A stretch of DNA of 64,000 nt from positions 29,404,628 to 29,468,627 of the forward strand of contig OZ037767.1 of the NCBI GenBank assembly GCA_964035545.1. The letters are read 5' to 3'. Made by a program: the position numbers and the translations under genes. This DNA comes from Bugula neritina. Lineage: Eukaryota > Animalia > Bryozoa. Below are positions 13,201-26,633 of the stretch, one piece after another (the stretch's first letter is position 1; each line of letters begins with the position of its first letter). The notes under the pieces are model-generated. The model was not told where the DNA came from. It worked only from the letters and a program-made list of their open reading frames with translations, and ran no database searches.

Positions 13201-16200
13201 AAGTGAAAGAACAGCTGAGCGTCTCCCACTCCTGTACTGCTGGTGTCACTGAGAATCTGGAGGAAACCGTATGACTCCTTCACACTCGACACCACACCTA
13301 CAAGTATACACATGTATATCACAGACTCTACACCACGCCTACGAGTAAACACATGTATACTATAGACTCTACACCACACCTACAAGTAAACACATGTATA
13401 TTACAGACTCGACACCACACCTACAAGTATACACATGTATATTACACACTAGACACCACGTCTACGAGTATACACATGTATATTACAGACTTATTGATAA
13501 ATATATGTATGTAGAGAGAAAAGCTATTAACCAAGCCTGAAAAAAGTGTATACAGAGTCTAGTAGATTCTGTATATACTTAACAAAGAACACAAAATAAT
13601 AGGAGTATATTTCTGGTTGTATGGGAAAGTGAAAACAAAAACACTATAGATATAGTATATAGATGTGTAAATTCATATTACATATGTAGCAGATATCTGT
13701 AGTATATACATTTAGTATATTATATTATATATCATAAAGTATATGGATATAATATATATGTAGATTAAGGCTATAGATATAGTATATATGTATATTCAGA
13801 ATATATATGTAGACTGAGGCTATAGGCTATGGATGTAGCATATATAAAGGCAGTAGAGAACCCACCCTTGTCACGCTTCTCCTTGGAGAGTTTAAAACTC
13901 TCATCACACAGAGTGACGTTGGTGGCGTGGATGAGCCCATCTCTCCGATCCTTAGCAATCTGGAAGTCTACGATGTCACCTGAACAGACGGGAGAATAAT
14001 GAGAACTGCACTTGCAAATCTAACATCTTAGTAGGTCTATTATACATGTCATGTGATGTCATACGTCATGTGATGCTTTGAAAACTGATTCTTTCCCGAA
14101 ATTTTGCACAGTGGATCCACACCTGAGGTGCATTACTCAACGTAATGCAACTAAGTTACAGAGAAGTTGAGGCTAAGAAATGCCTTTGTAATGAGGCTAA
14201 GTATCTGAGAATGACCTTCAAGTTCATCAAGCCAAATTAGTGCCATTATTTACATATCATGCCCAGGCAGCTTAGTAGAATGCATAGACTGGCAGCAGCA
14301 TAACTACTATGTTGGCAGCAGTTCTTATCAACATTGACTCAACAGTCAGTTAGATTGTATAAGCAGCTGTAATAAGAATATACTGTCTAGACTGACCCCT
14401 CCCCTCCCCTCAGCTACAGGTGGGTGGGGGGGAGGGCAAGCTGGTAGGCTGCGGATGAGATGAACTGACCTACAAACAGCGTGAACTCCCCACTTATGTC
14501 CCGCTCACTGTATGGTATTTCAGTGGAGTTTCCACTTTCATCTTGTTTTTCGTATTTAATGGCTCCAGCCAATGGCTCCGCGTGCTTTCTCGTGGCCTTT
14601 ATAACCTGTTTAATAAATATCACTATAATATACTCTACACAGAGTACTGTTAGTATCATAATATACTCTACACACTGTACTGTTAGTATGACTATATACT
14701 CTACACAGTGTACTGTTAGTATGACTATATACTCTACACAGTGTACTGTTAGTATCACTATATACTCTACACACTGTACTATTAGTAACAGACTCCCACC
14801 TTGGCTATTGTACCCCTTTTCTTCTCAGTGCTCACGTCCTCAAACACGACAGTTCCTTCTGGCAGCTTGCTTATGTTGGTGGCAACTTCCTTGTTCTGCA
14901 ATCGAAACGGCAGCCATGGCAATCCAACAAAACTTTAGCATGCAGAACATAGCAAATCTAATAGAACTTTAACATGTACAATATAGCAAATCTAACAAAA
15001 CTTTAGCACGCGTAACATGGCAATCTACGAGAACTTTTAGCAGCCTATGATAGTCATCTGGTATTTTACGAGGTATTTCAGACAGCAGACTGTAAAGTAT
15101 ATGTATGACCTTCACTTTGCAACTCATGTTGTGATCAGATACAAGATATTTAACCTTAGTATCTTATTTAGAAACACACTCTTGTATCATCTCAACTCTA
15201 TACTCACATTTCTAGTCTGTATGTTAAACTGAACGTCATCCCCGAGCACCAACTCTGCAATGTTGTTAGCGTATTCACTGTAGTGGAAGAAAATCTCCCT
15301 CACTACGTCTGCTCTCTCAATAAAACCAAAGTTTTCCTTCAGCGAACAGACAACTCCCTGTGAAAACGACGGAACGTCTGCTTTCTTCACACATGTGGCC
15401 CACATGTGTCCTGTTCTGAAACAAAGAGCGGTCATTCTTTAGCTGTGTACTATTCGAGGGTGATAACATGAACTAACAAAACTCAGACCTGCATAAAATG
15501 TGAGCCTAAAACTTTTTTAAATGCAAGTGAGCATGTAGGGCGGGGGGGGGGGGGAGCTAAACACATGTATTAAACTGTAATGTAATTTGTCTTCTTTCTA
15601 AAGAGAAACTATTAATTAGTATAACAGCGTTTAGCAAAATCTTTTTTTAGATACAGATTCTGGAAGTCTTTGAAAAATGTACAACACACATTGTACCTTA
15701 CTTGACAGACCCTATAATGAGGAGGCTTATAATTTGAAATTATCTGCCCAATACAAGCAACTGCTTGAATTATAATTTTTTTAGTTACTGCACTGTATGG
15801 CTTACTTTTTATTAGTTGCAATGTAGAAGGTAACTTTATTTTTTTCGTTGGGTGCGCTGCTAGGGTTCTTGTCCTCGGCTAGGTCAATGTTACTGTAAGG
15901 GATGTAGAAGGTCTCTCCACTCTGCTCGTATGATATCCGGCCAGACCTGTCCAGGCAGCTCTACAACACCAAGTTTACTGTATCCCCTAGGTTACATATC
16001 CTACCTGTATCTCCTAGGTTATATATCCTAACTGTATCCCCCCTACGTTACATATCCTACCTGTATCCTTTAGGTTATATTTCCTAGCTGTAGCCATTGC
16101 ATATATTAGGCTCCCAGAGCAGGGGAGGTAAACTCTGTACCCACTCTTCCACTACATGCATGGTGCTACACACTCTATATATTCATGTCAGAAGTACTTC

Positions 16201-16902
16201 AGCTAAGTAGAGTAAGTATACAGCTGTGAGAGTCTGGTATCAATTACGGACTGGGGGTGTATTTAGTGTTAGATGGATTAGTTGATCTGCACCAACTAGG
16301 ATAGAGAGGCGGAGCTAATGACATGCATGATGCATACCAAACCACGCCTCCTACTTCTCTCTAAGATAACTTCTTTGAAACACGAACTGTGGTTTCACAT
16401 TTCGGACAGCTGCTAGCTGCTGACAACAGGTAAACATACCTGTATACCGAGCTGACATAAACAACACACCTTGAAATTCTCTTGGTTGGCAGCTTTGATG
16501 AGCACGATGCCGGTAAACTGCTCCTTGCTGACTGTCAGCGCTGTTTCCAATTTTGTGACGGACACCGCGAGCCAGCGATCAGATCTGTAGTCGTAGGACA
16601 TGGAGAACTCCACCAGGTCTAATGCAAAACAACAATAATGCTCAGTTCAATCTAATTAATCACTTAAATCGATTTGACATTCAATATACACAGTAAAGCT
16701 TTTAATAACCAAACATGGCACTCCATGTTATTATAATTCAGAGGGATTATATAGTCAACATCCTGTTCAGATCATACTGTGAAGGTGATGCTATGATTAG
16801 CATGTCTGTAATGGCTGCTACAATATTAATAGTTAGTAATAGCAGTACTAGTGATAGTACTAGTGATAGTACTAGTGATAGTACTAGTGATAGTACTAGT
16901 GA

Positions 16903-16940
<38 letters not shown>

Positions 16941-17013
16941 CTACTATCACTAGTACTATCACTAGCACTGTTATTACTAACTATTAATATTGTAGCAGCC
17001 ATTACAGACATGC

Positions 17014-17094
<81 letters not shown>

Positions 17095-19140
17095 AACTAG
17101 TAGTAGTAGTAGTAGTAGTAGTACTACTAGTAGTAGCAGTAGTACTAGTGGTACTAGTAGTAGTACTAGTAGGAGCAAGGAAGATGATACAAACCCCCAC
17201 TTTGAAGATTATTCACATCACCAACTACTTGACTATAATGGAAGAAAAGGTGATTTTCATTCTGAGCGTCACTCTCTATGAATCCGTAGGAGTGCTAAAA
17301 GTACATAGTAGACATATGAGTGAATAGAACTGTCATTCAACCTCAAAATGGTCAAATTAAAACACATAATTGCTTTCATCAGTTCCCTTCGGGTTTTCTT
17401 CCTATAATCACTGCATGCAACATAATAGAGTCCTCAGGCATTCACCCTATAATTAGGGCCAACAACTGTCTTTACAGAAGGCAATTTGGGGCACATTAAC
17501 CTGCAGTAGTAGCACCAGTGTCTAAACCACCTTTATACATCAAGGGAAGGGGGGGGGTTTCCCATCAGCTGACTCACAAAAATAATGGGAAACTTGGGCC
17601 AAGGTCCCAACTTTCACAATTACTCACAACTGTTATTTAATTTCCAGAAGCATTACATTCAAAGTTACATAAACTCAGAGTGAATAAGTCACCTTCACTC
17701 TGGTGCAATATTAATTTATGGCAGAAGTGAGGTTTTGGAATGAGTCCAGGCATTTAAAAGTCGATAAAGCAATTCAGATGTCAAAGTAGCCACTGGTACT
17801 ATACAGTGGCTCAACATTTAGTTATTCAATCTGTCTTGGGTGTCTAAACATTGACATTAATGACAATTGTCAAAATGAAAGTAGCAAAGAGTTTTTTTGT
17901 ACCCTAAGCAAACCAAGTCGAACACCAAGCTGGTGTTGCTATTCATACAGTGCAATACACTCAGTCATATAACACAGTAACATACTTCTAGAGTTACACA
18001 GTGTCACACAGTCACAGTGTCACACAGTCACAGTGTCGCCTTGTCACAAACATACCAGCAACTTCTCAACAGTCCCGCGGTGTTTCTGAGTGTTTAGAGA
18101 TTCCATGGCGCGTGGGTTCTTGAGATTAGAGAGTGGGCTGTCACCAGATGAGCTCAGCACTGCATTTCGGTTTACTTGCTGCCTCTGAGCCACTCCGGCT
18201 GGTTGGCTTGCTACCACTGGGTTGTTTGGTTGCTTTCGTGGGTTTTCCTGCACATGAAATCATTGATAGAACCCACCAGTAAACTTAACCAGCTTATCCA
18301 ACAGCGCTACTACAGTGGTGTTTCAAAACAGAAAGTAGAAAAAACTAGCTTCCTATACCAACAATGTCAATGCAGCAAAAATTGCTAGCTAAAATTTGTA
18401 CAGAGTAAACCAATTGTAATATAGATATGTATAAATACATATCTATTCCCAATACTTCAACAACATCCAAATACAAGCATTGGTTTAGATTTCTACTTTT
18501 AGTAAACTTGTTGGAAGATATTTCCATCGACATTTCTGTAGCTGCATCACTATGATAATGAAGACTCATTCAACTAACAGCATGTTGCAATTATATATAT
18601 GAAAACAGAGCTTGCCAAGTGCAAGCTGAAATCTAAACAGTTGAGATGTAAATATTCTTCACCGTGACACAAAAAGTGGCAGAATATTTTAGAAGGTCAA
18701 GTTAAGGGGAAATCAAAGGGTTTAAGCTAAGTTCATGACACGTGACTCCATGTTCAGCATCTTTTTTACAAAATTGCAAAAACACTGGGTTAAGCTAATA
18801 CTAAAATTTCCAGCTACAGAAAATTTACCAATTAAAAGTTAGCAACATGAAACTCATACCAACAAAGAACAGAAATGCAACTTGAATTATGCATAAATGT
18901 CAAGTGTGAATCAAAACGTACTTAAAAAGTAATATTTAAATAGATAGCATATGCTTAGATTACACAAACTGGGCCGGCACATGAAACTAGGTACACCCAG
19001 ACCTGTTGCACAGCACTGGGCTAGGTTTGTGTACGCCTACACTATGCTTAGCCCTAGGCTCAGTAGATACATACCTTGGATGGGATGGGTCGAGTGGCAG
19101 CGTGGTGCTGAGGCAGACCTGTGTGAACTCTTACTGCCAT
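10220..19140 (-). CDS. CSDE1: Cold shock domain-containing protein E1 (UNR), multi-exon
   Basis: Repeated cold-shock motifs: GTVEKLL|HSYGFIE...LFFHYS, GVVCSLKENFGFIERADVVREIFFHYSE, VKESYGFL...LFFHFNE, LKENFGFIE...EVFFHY. C-terminal SUZ-C-like VLIRNPVGP...GF. First coding exon 19075-19140 (MAVRVHTG...PSK) splices in phase 0 to ENPRKQ. Confidence 0.95.
11391..11712. repeat. ~16-bp TG/TA-rich minisatellite (gtgtgtgtatgtatag-like) in CSDE1 intron
   Basis: Directly visible. It explains spurious ORFs on both strands. Confidence 0.95.
13284..13491 (-). repeat. 41-bp x5 array spanning a CSDE1 3' splice site
   Basis: Unit actcgacaccacacctacaagtatacacatgtatatcacag. The real AG is at 13299-13298. Confidence 0.95.
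14622..14787. repeat. 33-bp x5 array filling most of CSDE1 intron 14606-14799
   Basis: Unit actatatactctacacagtgtactgttagtatg. Confidence 0.95.
14916..15045. repeat. 33-34-bp x4 degenerate array just upstream of a CSDE1 acceptor
   Basis: Unit ~atagcaaatctaacaaaactttagcacgcgtaac. Confidence 0.8.
15978..16093. repeat. ~27-bp x4 array near a CSDE1 acceptor
   Basis: Unit ctgtatcccctaggttacatatcctac. Confidence 0.85.
16798..17170. repeat. Fold-back palindrome (16798-17015) plus (AGT)n microsatellite in CSDE1 intron
   Basis: tagcatgtctgtaatggctgctacaatattaatagttagtaat... is mirrored by ...attactaactattaatattgtagcagccattacagacatgcta, followed by a long (AGT)n run. Confidence 0.95.
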
Positions 19141-21950
19141 TTCAATAACTTCTTCAGTTCTTGTGACTTGTGCTTGTTGTGACCACTTCTGGTCGCTTAT
19201 ATTTTTGCTTTCTTAGATGACTGCAGTTAAACAGATTTTATAGAAATATTCAGCAGACCAGCATTGTTGGTGGCTTGTTGAGTTACTGCCGCAGATTGTT
19301 ACTTTACTGTCAACAATTGCTGCCAACAATGGCTTGGCACTGAGCTATGCTATTTTATTGAGATCTTACTTATTCAAGTATATAAGGCATGCAATGCAAG
19401 TGGCTAGTAGCAATGACTATTGACAATAGAGTAGAGGTTTAAGCCATGTTCTTACCCCAGCTTTAAATAATAAGCTTTCTTAAGTATTAGTTGTAAACAA
19501 TTATGGAGAAAATAATTCTGATATAAAGGAAAAAATATTGCCAGTATGATCACAAAAAACCTAGCCTATGAAAAGTCACATAAACCCCCCCCCCCCCTAC
19601 AATATAATATATAAAATAAAATAACAGTAATACAATAGATTTTGCAGTGTATATGCTACTCATAAAATTGTAGAATACCCAGCTATAAATGTAATGTATA
19701 ACTTTTTAGAGATGAACAACTCCACTTGCTGAATTGTAGACTTGTACAGGAGAAACAGTGAATAGATTGTAGTGTGCAGAAAATAAAAGCATAAACCACC
19801 TGGGAATTTTATGATATTTGCAAAACTGATGATGTCCAAATGTTTGTATTATCCTAGTTTAGAGATAGATTTAATCTATTGTCACTGCATGAAACTTTTT
19901 TTACTAAACCTGTGTGTTGGAGTCTAGAGAGAGAGGCTATGCAGTGAGTAGGCCCCAGGCTATGATGAATCAATAAATATATATTACACCTTGTCAAGTT
20001 GAAATGGAGAGAGCAGTATAGCAGAAAACTGCACTGTCTGTAAACAACTGCACTCAATTGACACCAACAGATTTCTATCGCTCACTGAGCTATTCAAAAC
20101 TTAATCACATTTATTGCCTATCATTTCATTGATTTATGGTTGATTTCTCATGATATACGACAAATTGATTATTTTTTATACAAAATCTAGGTTCATAATG
20201 TAAACACCTATTCTTTACATGAAATGAAAGAAAAAACTCCTTAGCCTGCTTAAAAAGAATCCTTTTTATCAGGAGTTCTCACAGGGATAGTGACTACAAA
20301 CACATGAAATGCTTTATACGCAGACTTATTGAGCAACTAAATTTATCTACATTGATTTGCCTCATGCAAACTTTGTTGAAAAGCTATATAGCTTTAAAAA
20401 ATGAGCTTTTTACCAGATATCTTAACAAAAAGCTACTCTACTCCAAACTTACTTTCTTGAACTCAAACTGATACAAAGTGTTTGCAATATTGCTTCAAAG
20501 CTACCCAAATCAATCTTCCACAGTGGAATCAGGGAAACTATTCCCCTGGAATTAGACACGTTTTGGAATTGAGGGGAAAAATTATTTCAGTTTGCAACAT
20601 CATAGCAATGAGTAGGTAACTACCAACATGGTGTTATCCCCATTGAGTTGGCTCAGTAGGTCTTAGAAACTTCTACCAGAAATTCTAAGACTCTCTATCT
20701 TGACCCTTTAGTTACTTTTCTTACTTTTAAAATGATGATTTATAACTATAATAATCGACAGCGTTAATTTTAAATTAGTAATACCAACATATGGGAACAA
20801 TATGTAAATTAATATATTGCATTACTATAGCCAAAAAAACTGCAGTAAATTTTATTTGTTAAAAGTCCTAAGGAGAGTGGTTATAAACAAAGCTGAACTC
20901 CTCAAAAAATTTTCACATTTGTTTGTCTGGGAACTGAAAACCTTAGTCTTATGATCATACACTAACTTTGGTAATACCTTTGAGCATTATTCCTTCCAGA
21001 ATACTCTTACACGCATGCTCAACTACTAGAGGACTGAAATATCAGCTTGCTATAAGTCATAGTTTCAAAGTACCTTGGTTCTCAAATGTACTATATTTAG
21101 CGCTACATGTTAAATTAAGAACAATATTAGTGCAGAAGCTTGTATTTTACATAAGCAAGAAAATGAAAAATTACACACCTTCAATACTGGCCAAAGTTTG
21201 TAAAATAGGCTTACCAGATTAAAACTGAAAGGCTTTAAATTAAGTAATTTCAGTAATTTCTTTTTAAGGGACTTCTAAAAGCATTATCAAATCTATGGTT
21301 ACTACTATGGCTAGCACAACATTAGATTTAGTGATTATAACTCTAACTATTGCAATGACAAAATGAGGCCAAGTGTTGAGCTTGGTACATTCACCATCCC
21401 AATTCAATTCGAAACACAACTTGTAAGATTGGACCAACACTAACTGGAGATTAATTAGTTACACTAACTAAAAACTTAAAAGGTTAACTATAAACTTAGT
21501 TACTATACTTTAACTATGTGTATCACTATTAATATTACTATTACTATTAGTTATCAGATATTCAGTAAGTGTAACACTAACAGACTCAGACTGAGTTTGA
21601 TAGCAACAATTGTAATGTTTAGATTCAACAATAACCGATATAAATACTCGTATCACTGATAAGTATCAAGTTTAGGTTTGTTGTGAATTAAATAAGATGG
21701 ATATATCAATTTGAATATCAATATAAAATTAAATATAAACTCAACATAATTATCAATATGTAATTAATTTGTAAAATTGAATATCACTATCAGTATCAGT
21801 ATCACTGATGAAAAAACTGGCCGAATTAGTTTTTTCATTAGTGATAGTCTGACACAGTGATATTCAATTTCACAAATGAATTACTGTTACATAGTGATAA
21901 TTGAAATTATTTTGAGCTTCAATATTTTTTGAGCATACGAGTAAGACTAA

Positions 21951-22763
21951 AGGCCTGGCCACACGATAGTGAGAATCACACGAAATCGTCTATTTGACAC
22001 GAAAAAACATTCGTACGAGAAAATTTGAGGGAATTCAAACGAAATCGTCTTCGTTGGGTGTACACAACAATGCCGATGGACGAAAAATCACAATCGATGA
22101 TAAGTACCATTTGATTGGTCAACAGAATTTTAGCAACAGTGATTATTTCATTTCTACTACTATGTTTCTCTATTTGGCAATTTTCTGCTGCTTGTATCTC
22201 GTGCAAGACTCATCCACGGACTAATAAAAATGACTTGTTGCCATCAAAGTGGTATATATTAGGGGTATATATATATATATATATATATTTTTTACACGCC
22301 AAATATTTACTACAAATTTCAAAAATAGCATAAATTAAGTAGTATTACTATGCCTATTTGCATCCAATTTACTAGTCTTACATTTATAGCAACTGTAATG
22401 TATTTTGCGTAAAATAGCTATTGCAAGCATTATTCAATTCATATTCACATTGTAATCACATCGAAGCTTAAACTTTATAGCTTTGTATTTACGTGCACGA
22501 GTTAGTTTAAAAAATTTTTTTTAATTTTATATGCATAAAAAATGTGTTTAAAATTTTTACCAATAAACAAAACTAAAAAATTATACACATAAAATACCAA
22601 AAATGGCAAAATTTTTCCTTTATAACTTATATAAACTTGCGGTACCAATCTCGGCATAATGACTTTTTGTCTAACGAGCGTGTGGCTGGTCAATACGAAA
22701 AGATAACTCACGAAAATCGTCACACGAGTTTCGTGTGATTCTCACGATCGTGTGGCCAGGCCT
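21951..22763. mobile_element. Non-autonomous DNA transposon (MITE), PIF/Harbinger-type
   Basis: 35-bp terminal inverted repeats aggcctggccacacgat[a/c]gtgagaatcacacgaaa (1 mismatch). TAA flanks both ends (21948-21950, 22764-22766). No transposase ORF. Confidence 0.85.
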
Positions 22764-23202
22764 TAAGACAGTAAGAGTAACTCGCTACCCGAACACACAG
22801 GACAAAGCGGAGATACTCATACTGATAGGCGAGAATAGGATTAGGTGAGAATAAGACAAAGAGTAAGCCAAAGTAATAACTGATACAATTATTGAAAATA
22901 AATAACAATCAGTGAGTGTATCAGTTTATCACTTAAATTTTAATTTAATCATACATAACATAATAAATGTTATACTTATACTAACTTATAGTTATAGTAA
23001 TAGTTTTTGTTAATAATAATATTATCACTTTGACTTACACTTACAGTTAGAGTTACTCTTACTCTTAGTCTTATCAATATCAGTATCAGTCTTACGTTCG
23101 AAGAATAATAAATTCAACAGCCAGGGCTGTGCAATATGACAGTAATACTATAATTACAGCCTTGTGGCTGACCATTTTTACTTTACAGTACAATTAGCTT
23201 AC

Positions 23203-23330
23203 CAAAAAATAGCTTAATGCTGAAGATTTCTTTTTTCCCAATGGTAGACACCAACTGCACAGCACCAACTCCACCAGCTTTAGTTGTAATTAGTACAAAT
23301 AGTTAGCGAATAGCATTTGTTCCGAACATA
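23203..23330 (-). other. Putative non-coding first exon of CSDE1
   Basis: Strong donor (ttg|gtaagc) on the minus strand upstream of the 19075-19222 exon and divergent from CHMP2A. No transcript evidence. Confidence 0.35.
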
Positions 23331-24922
23331 TTCTGAGTATTTTATCACGAGTAGCGAAAATAAATTGTGAAAAAACAAAGAAAACGGTTATGTTATAGTT
23401 AGCAAATGAGAATCAGAGGCTATACTCATAAACGCTAGATCAAAATTGCCAAGTGGACAGAACTTCAAAGATAATACTGACTTTGCCAAAATCACAAAAA
23501 AAGTAATTCAAATTAAAAAAATATGAACAATTAATAAAAATTAAAAAATAATTTAAATTTAAAGAATTAAAATAATTCTAGTTAATATTTATTGTGAGCT
23601 TAGTAAGATTTTTTGCGACTACGAGCCCACCTGAATAAAGGTATAGACTGGGTTTTTAGGTTTACATAAAAACACTAACGCTTTGCGTACAAAGACAGTT
23701 ATTATATTGTTTTAAAACTCAGCGTGAGGCTACTCTGACTCAAAATCTGGTGAGGAACCACTAACAATCACATCATCAGTCATCATGATCATCACTCAGA
23801 GTTGATTCACTTTCAGTTATTACTATTAGATTGCTGCGTGTACCTCACGCTGCCAAGCTCTATTTTATTAAAATTCAACAGTACAGGGAGAACACTATTA
23901 TTTTATTGGAAATTAATGAGTTCGCATTATGATTATATTTATTCATTGATAATGATTGCCAATGCCTATTCACTATTGGCTATTGCTGTTACTGTTACTG
24001 TTAGTGTTTCCTGTTTTATTTTACTTTTACTTTTAGTAATAAAATTAATTCTTATAGACACAGTCACAGTTAGTGTTAGTGTTACACAGTTTCAGTTTGA
24101 GTCACAGTTTGAGTGTGCAGTTTACACTTTCAGTTACTAAAAGTTTTCATTTTGATAGTGATTCTGATTTTCATTTTGTGCTACCAAAGTCTAAACTAAA
24201 ACTGTAAACTAAACATTGTTACTTAAACTTGAAGTTTATTACTTATACTTATAGTTATTAGTTATTAGTTTAGTGTTTACTATCAGTAACTGTAAGTGAG
24301 TATTCCTAAGAGTATGAGTATGATAATTATAGTGAGTGATTGTAAGCTGTAATTGATAGAATACTATCATAAATAATTTCAATACTAATAGTATAACGTA
24401 TAGTTATTACTTATCTATAGTATAACTATAAGTTAAAGTATAACAATAATTAATAGTATTATTTATGGTTATATTATCATTTCTGTTTTTGAGTAGTCAA
24501 CCAGTATGCTAACTTTATAACGAGGTAAGACATTTTTTAAGTTGTTAGTCTACTGTGAAAGCAATCATAATCGTTTCATACTCATTGACTATATAATATA
24601 TTAAATAGTAAAAGTCACTGTAACTGTCTCTACAATACCTAGCCTCTCTAAGTCAAGTCATTTAATTGGTGAATTGGTAAAGATAAGGAGATTTTTTGAA
24701 ATGAATTGGTAATGGTGCTTCAACACTAATACTTTTAATATATAGTTTGTTCTAGTGCAATCTAATTTTTTGTTACTTTTAAAAAAAAATCTCTCTTTTG
24801 GTCCGCATTATTTATAGGAAAAAATATTTTTGTCTAATAATTATTTTTCATGTTGATTTTTTTATTTATTTATTTTTTTGATTTTAGTTTTGCCATATTC
24901 TCACCAACAGCAACACAACACA

Positions 24923-26633
24923 ATGGATAGGTTATTTGGTAAACGAAAAACGCCGGAAGAGATGCTTCGTCAGAACCAACGAGCTCTAACTAAAGCTATG
25001 AGAGACTTGGACAGAGAACGCGTCAAAATGGAAAACCAAGAAAAGAAAGTTATAGCTGATATTAAAAAAATGGCCAAACAAGGACAAATGGTAAATACAT
25101 AGCATGATATTGAGCATGCGTAGTAATGCAAGACTATTTAACTGATCGTTTGCTGCCAATAGAGCTGTCTAGGCAGCATTGGTGCTCTCAACCATCTGTC
25201 TATTAATGATTTAATTATTGTCATCTAGCAGTTTTATTATCTTTTGTCTCAATATTCACTTTCTTGACTCTTTATTGTGTACTTTTTTAGTATTTGGACT
25301 TCATTATGTAATTTCTCCTTCAGGATGCTGTAAAGATAATGGCTAAAGACTTGGTGAGGACCAGAAGATATGTGAAAAAGTTCATTCTAATGAAAGCCAA
25401 CATTCAGGCAGTGTCACTTAAAATAACGACTCTCAAATCCACCAACACAATGGCCAACGCCATGAAGGGAGTGACAAAGGCCATGTCCGCCATGAACCGA
25501 CAGGTCTGTGTTTCAGCAGCTATTTCCTCTTCACTGCTGAGTTTTTACTGGATACATGTCGCTGTTTGCTCAAAACTCTTTTTACGTCAGCTTTGCGTAA
25601 TTTATGTAGTTTAATTTGCAACTTAGATATGCACTTCAAGTTTTGTTTATAAAACTTTTAAAATTATTACTGTGGGTGGTTTATTATTTTATCATTGTTT
25701 ATTAGTTGAAGTTGTCATCTGTCACCATATATTTTCTACCTTTTTGAAGCCTCTATGTAAATAATTTTTGCAGCTAATAGTATTACTTTATTTTTTCATA
25801 TAATTTATTTTATGATGATATGTTTGTATTACATTATTACTTATACTATAGTGTATATACATACATAAGTACATATATATATCTGTCTATATGTCTTATG
25901 AAGCAATCCAAACACAGAGTCAACATCGTTCTATTCGCTTGCAGTTGAAATTACCTCAAATTCAAAAGATTATGATGGAGTTTGAGAAGCAGAGTGAGAT
26001 TATGGAGATGAAAGAAGACATGATGAATGATGCAATAGACGATGCAATGGGAGATGAGGAAGACGAGGACGAAGGTGAAGCTATCGTAGCGCAAGTCTTA
26101 GATGAGCTCGGTTTACAGATTGGCGACCAGCTCTCGGGTAAGATGATTCACCAATTTCTTGTTAAAAGTGAAAGTATTTTCTATTGCGTAGATAGGATAT
26201 TCACATACACATTCATATTAATGTTTTTTTTAAATTTTGGCTAGAGTTTAGGTTTAATTGCTAAAAATCATTTTTGTTGCCTTTTTGCCTATTTTATGCA
26301 ATGTGTGTAATGTATTCTTAGTGTTTTAAACTGCGCCATGATCTCTAAGCTTTTCTACTTCACTGGCTCTTAGAATGACATGATTTTACTTACTTGTTGA
26401 AATATTTCCATCCACTAATACCTTGATAATGAGGCGTGCACTATTAGTTCCTTATTTAGCATGCTGTGTATTTCTCTTCTTATTTGATGTGGATTTACAC
26501 TGTAGATTTACCCACTGCAAACGGATCGTTGAGTACGGCAACAAAAGCCAAACCTGCTGCCGCTGCCGAAGGCGGTGTTAGTAACGCTGATGCTGATTTA
26601 GAAGCTAGGTTGAACAATTTGAAACGGACATAA
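24923..26633 (+). CDS. CHMP2A: Charged multivesicular body protein 2a (Vps2, ESCRT-III), 4 coding exons
   Basis: MDRLFGKRKTPEEMLRQNQRAL...GQM|DAVKIMAKDLVRTRRYVKKFILMKANIQAVSLK...|LKLPQIQKIMMEFEKQSE...|...DADLEARLNNLKRT* (MIM1 motif). Confidence 0.97.

Noticed and set aside
14050-14215. Possible C/D box snoRNA (GTGATG...CTGA)
   Set aside because: Boxes are imperfect and antisense to the host gene, and no rRNA guide is recognisable.
14414-14972. Long ORFs with ILTVHCVEY / IYSTQCTVS repeats
   Set aside because: Read-through of the 33-bp intronic array; only the embedded CSDE1 exons are coding.
16715-17327. Poly-S/T/V/L ORFs resembling mucin or TM proteins
   Set aside because: Artefacts of (AGT)n and the palindrome inside a CSDE1 intron.
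21803-21843. CTGATGA-containing hairpin as a second hammerhead
   Set aside because: No GAAA and stem II arrangement; it is only a short imperfect palindrome.
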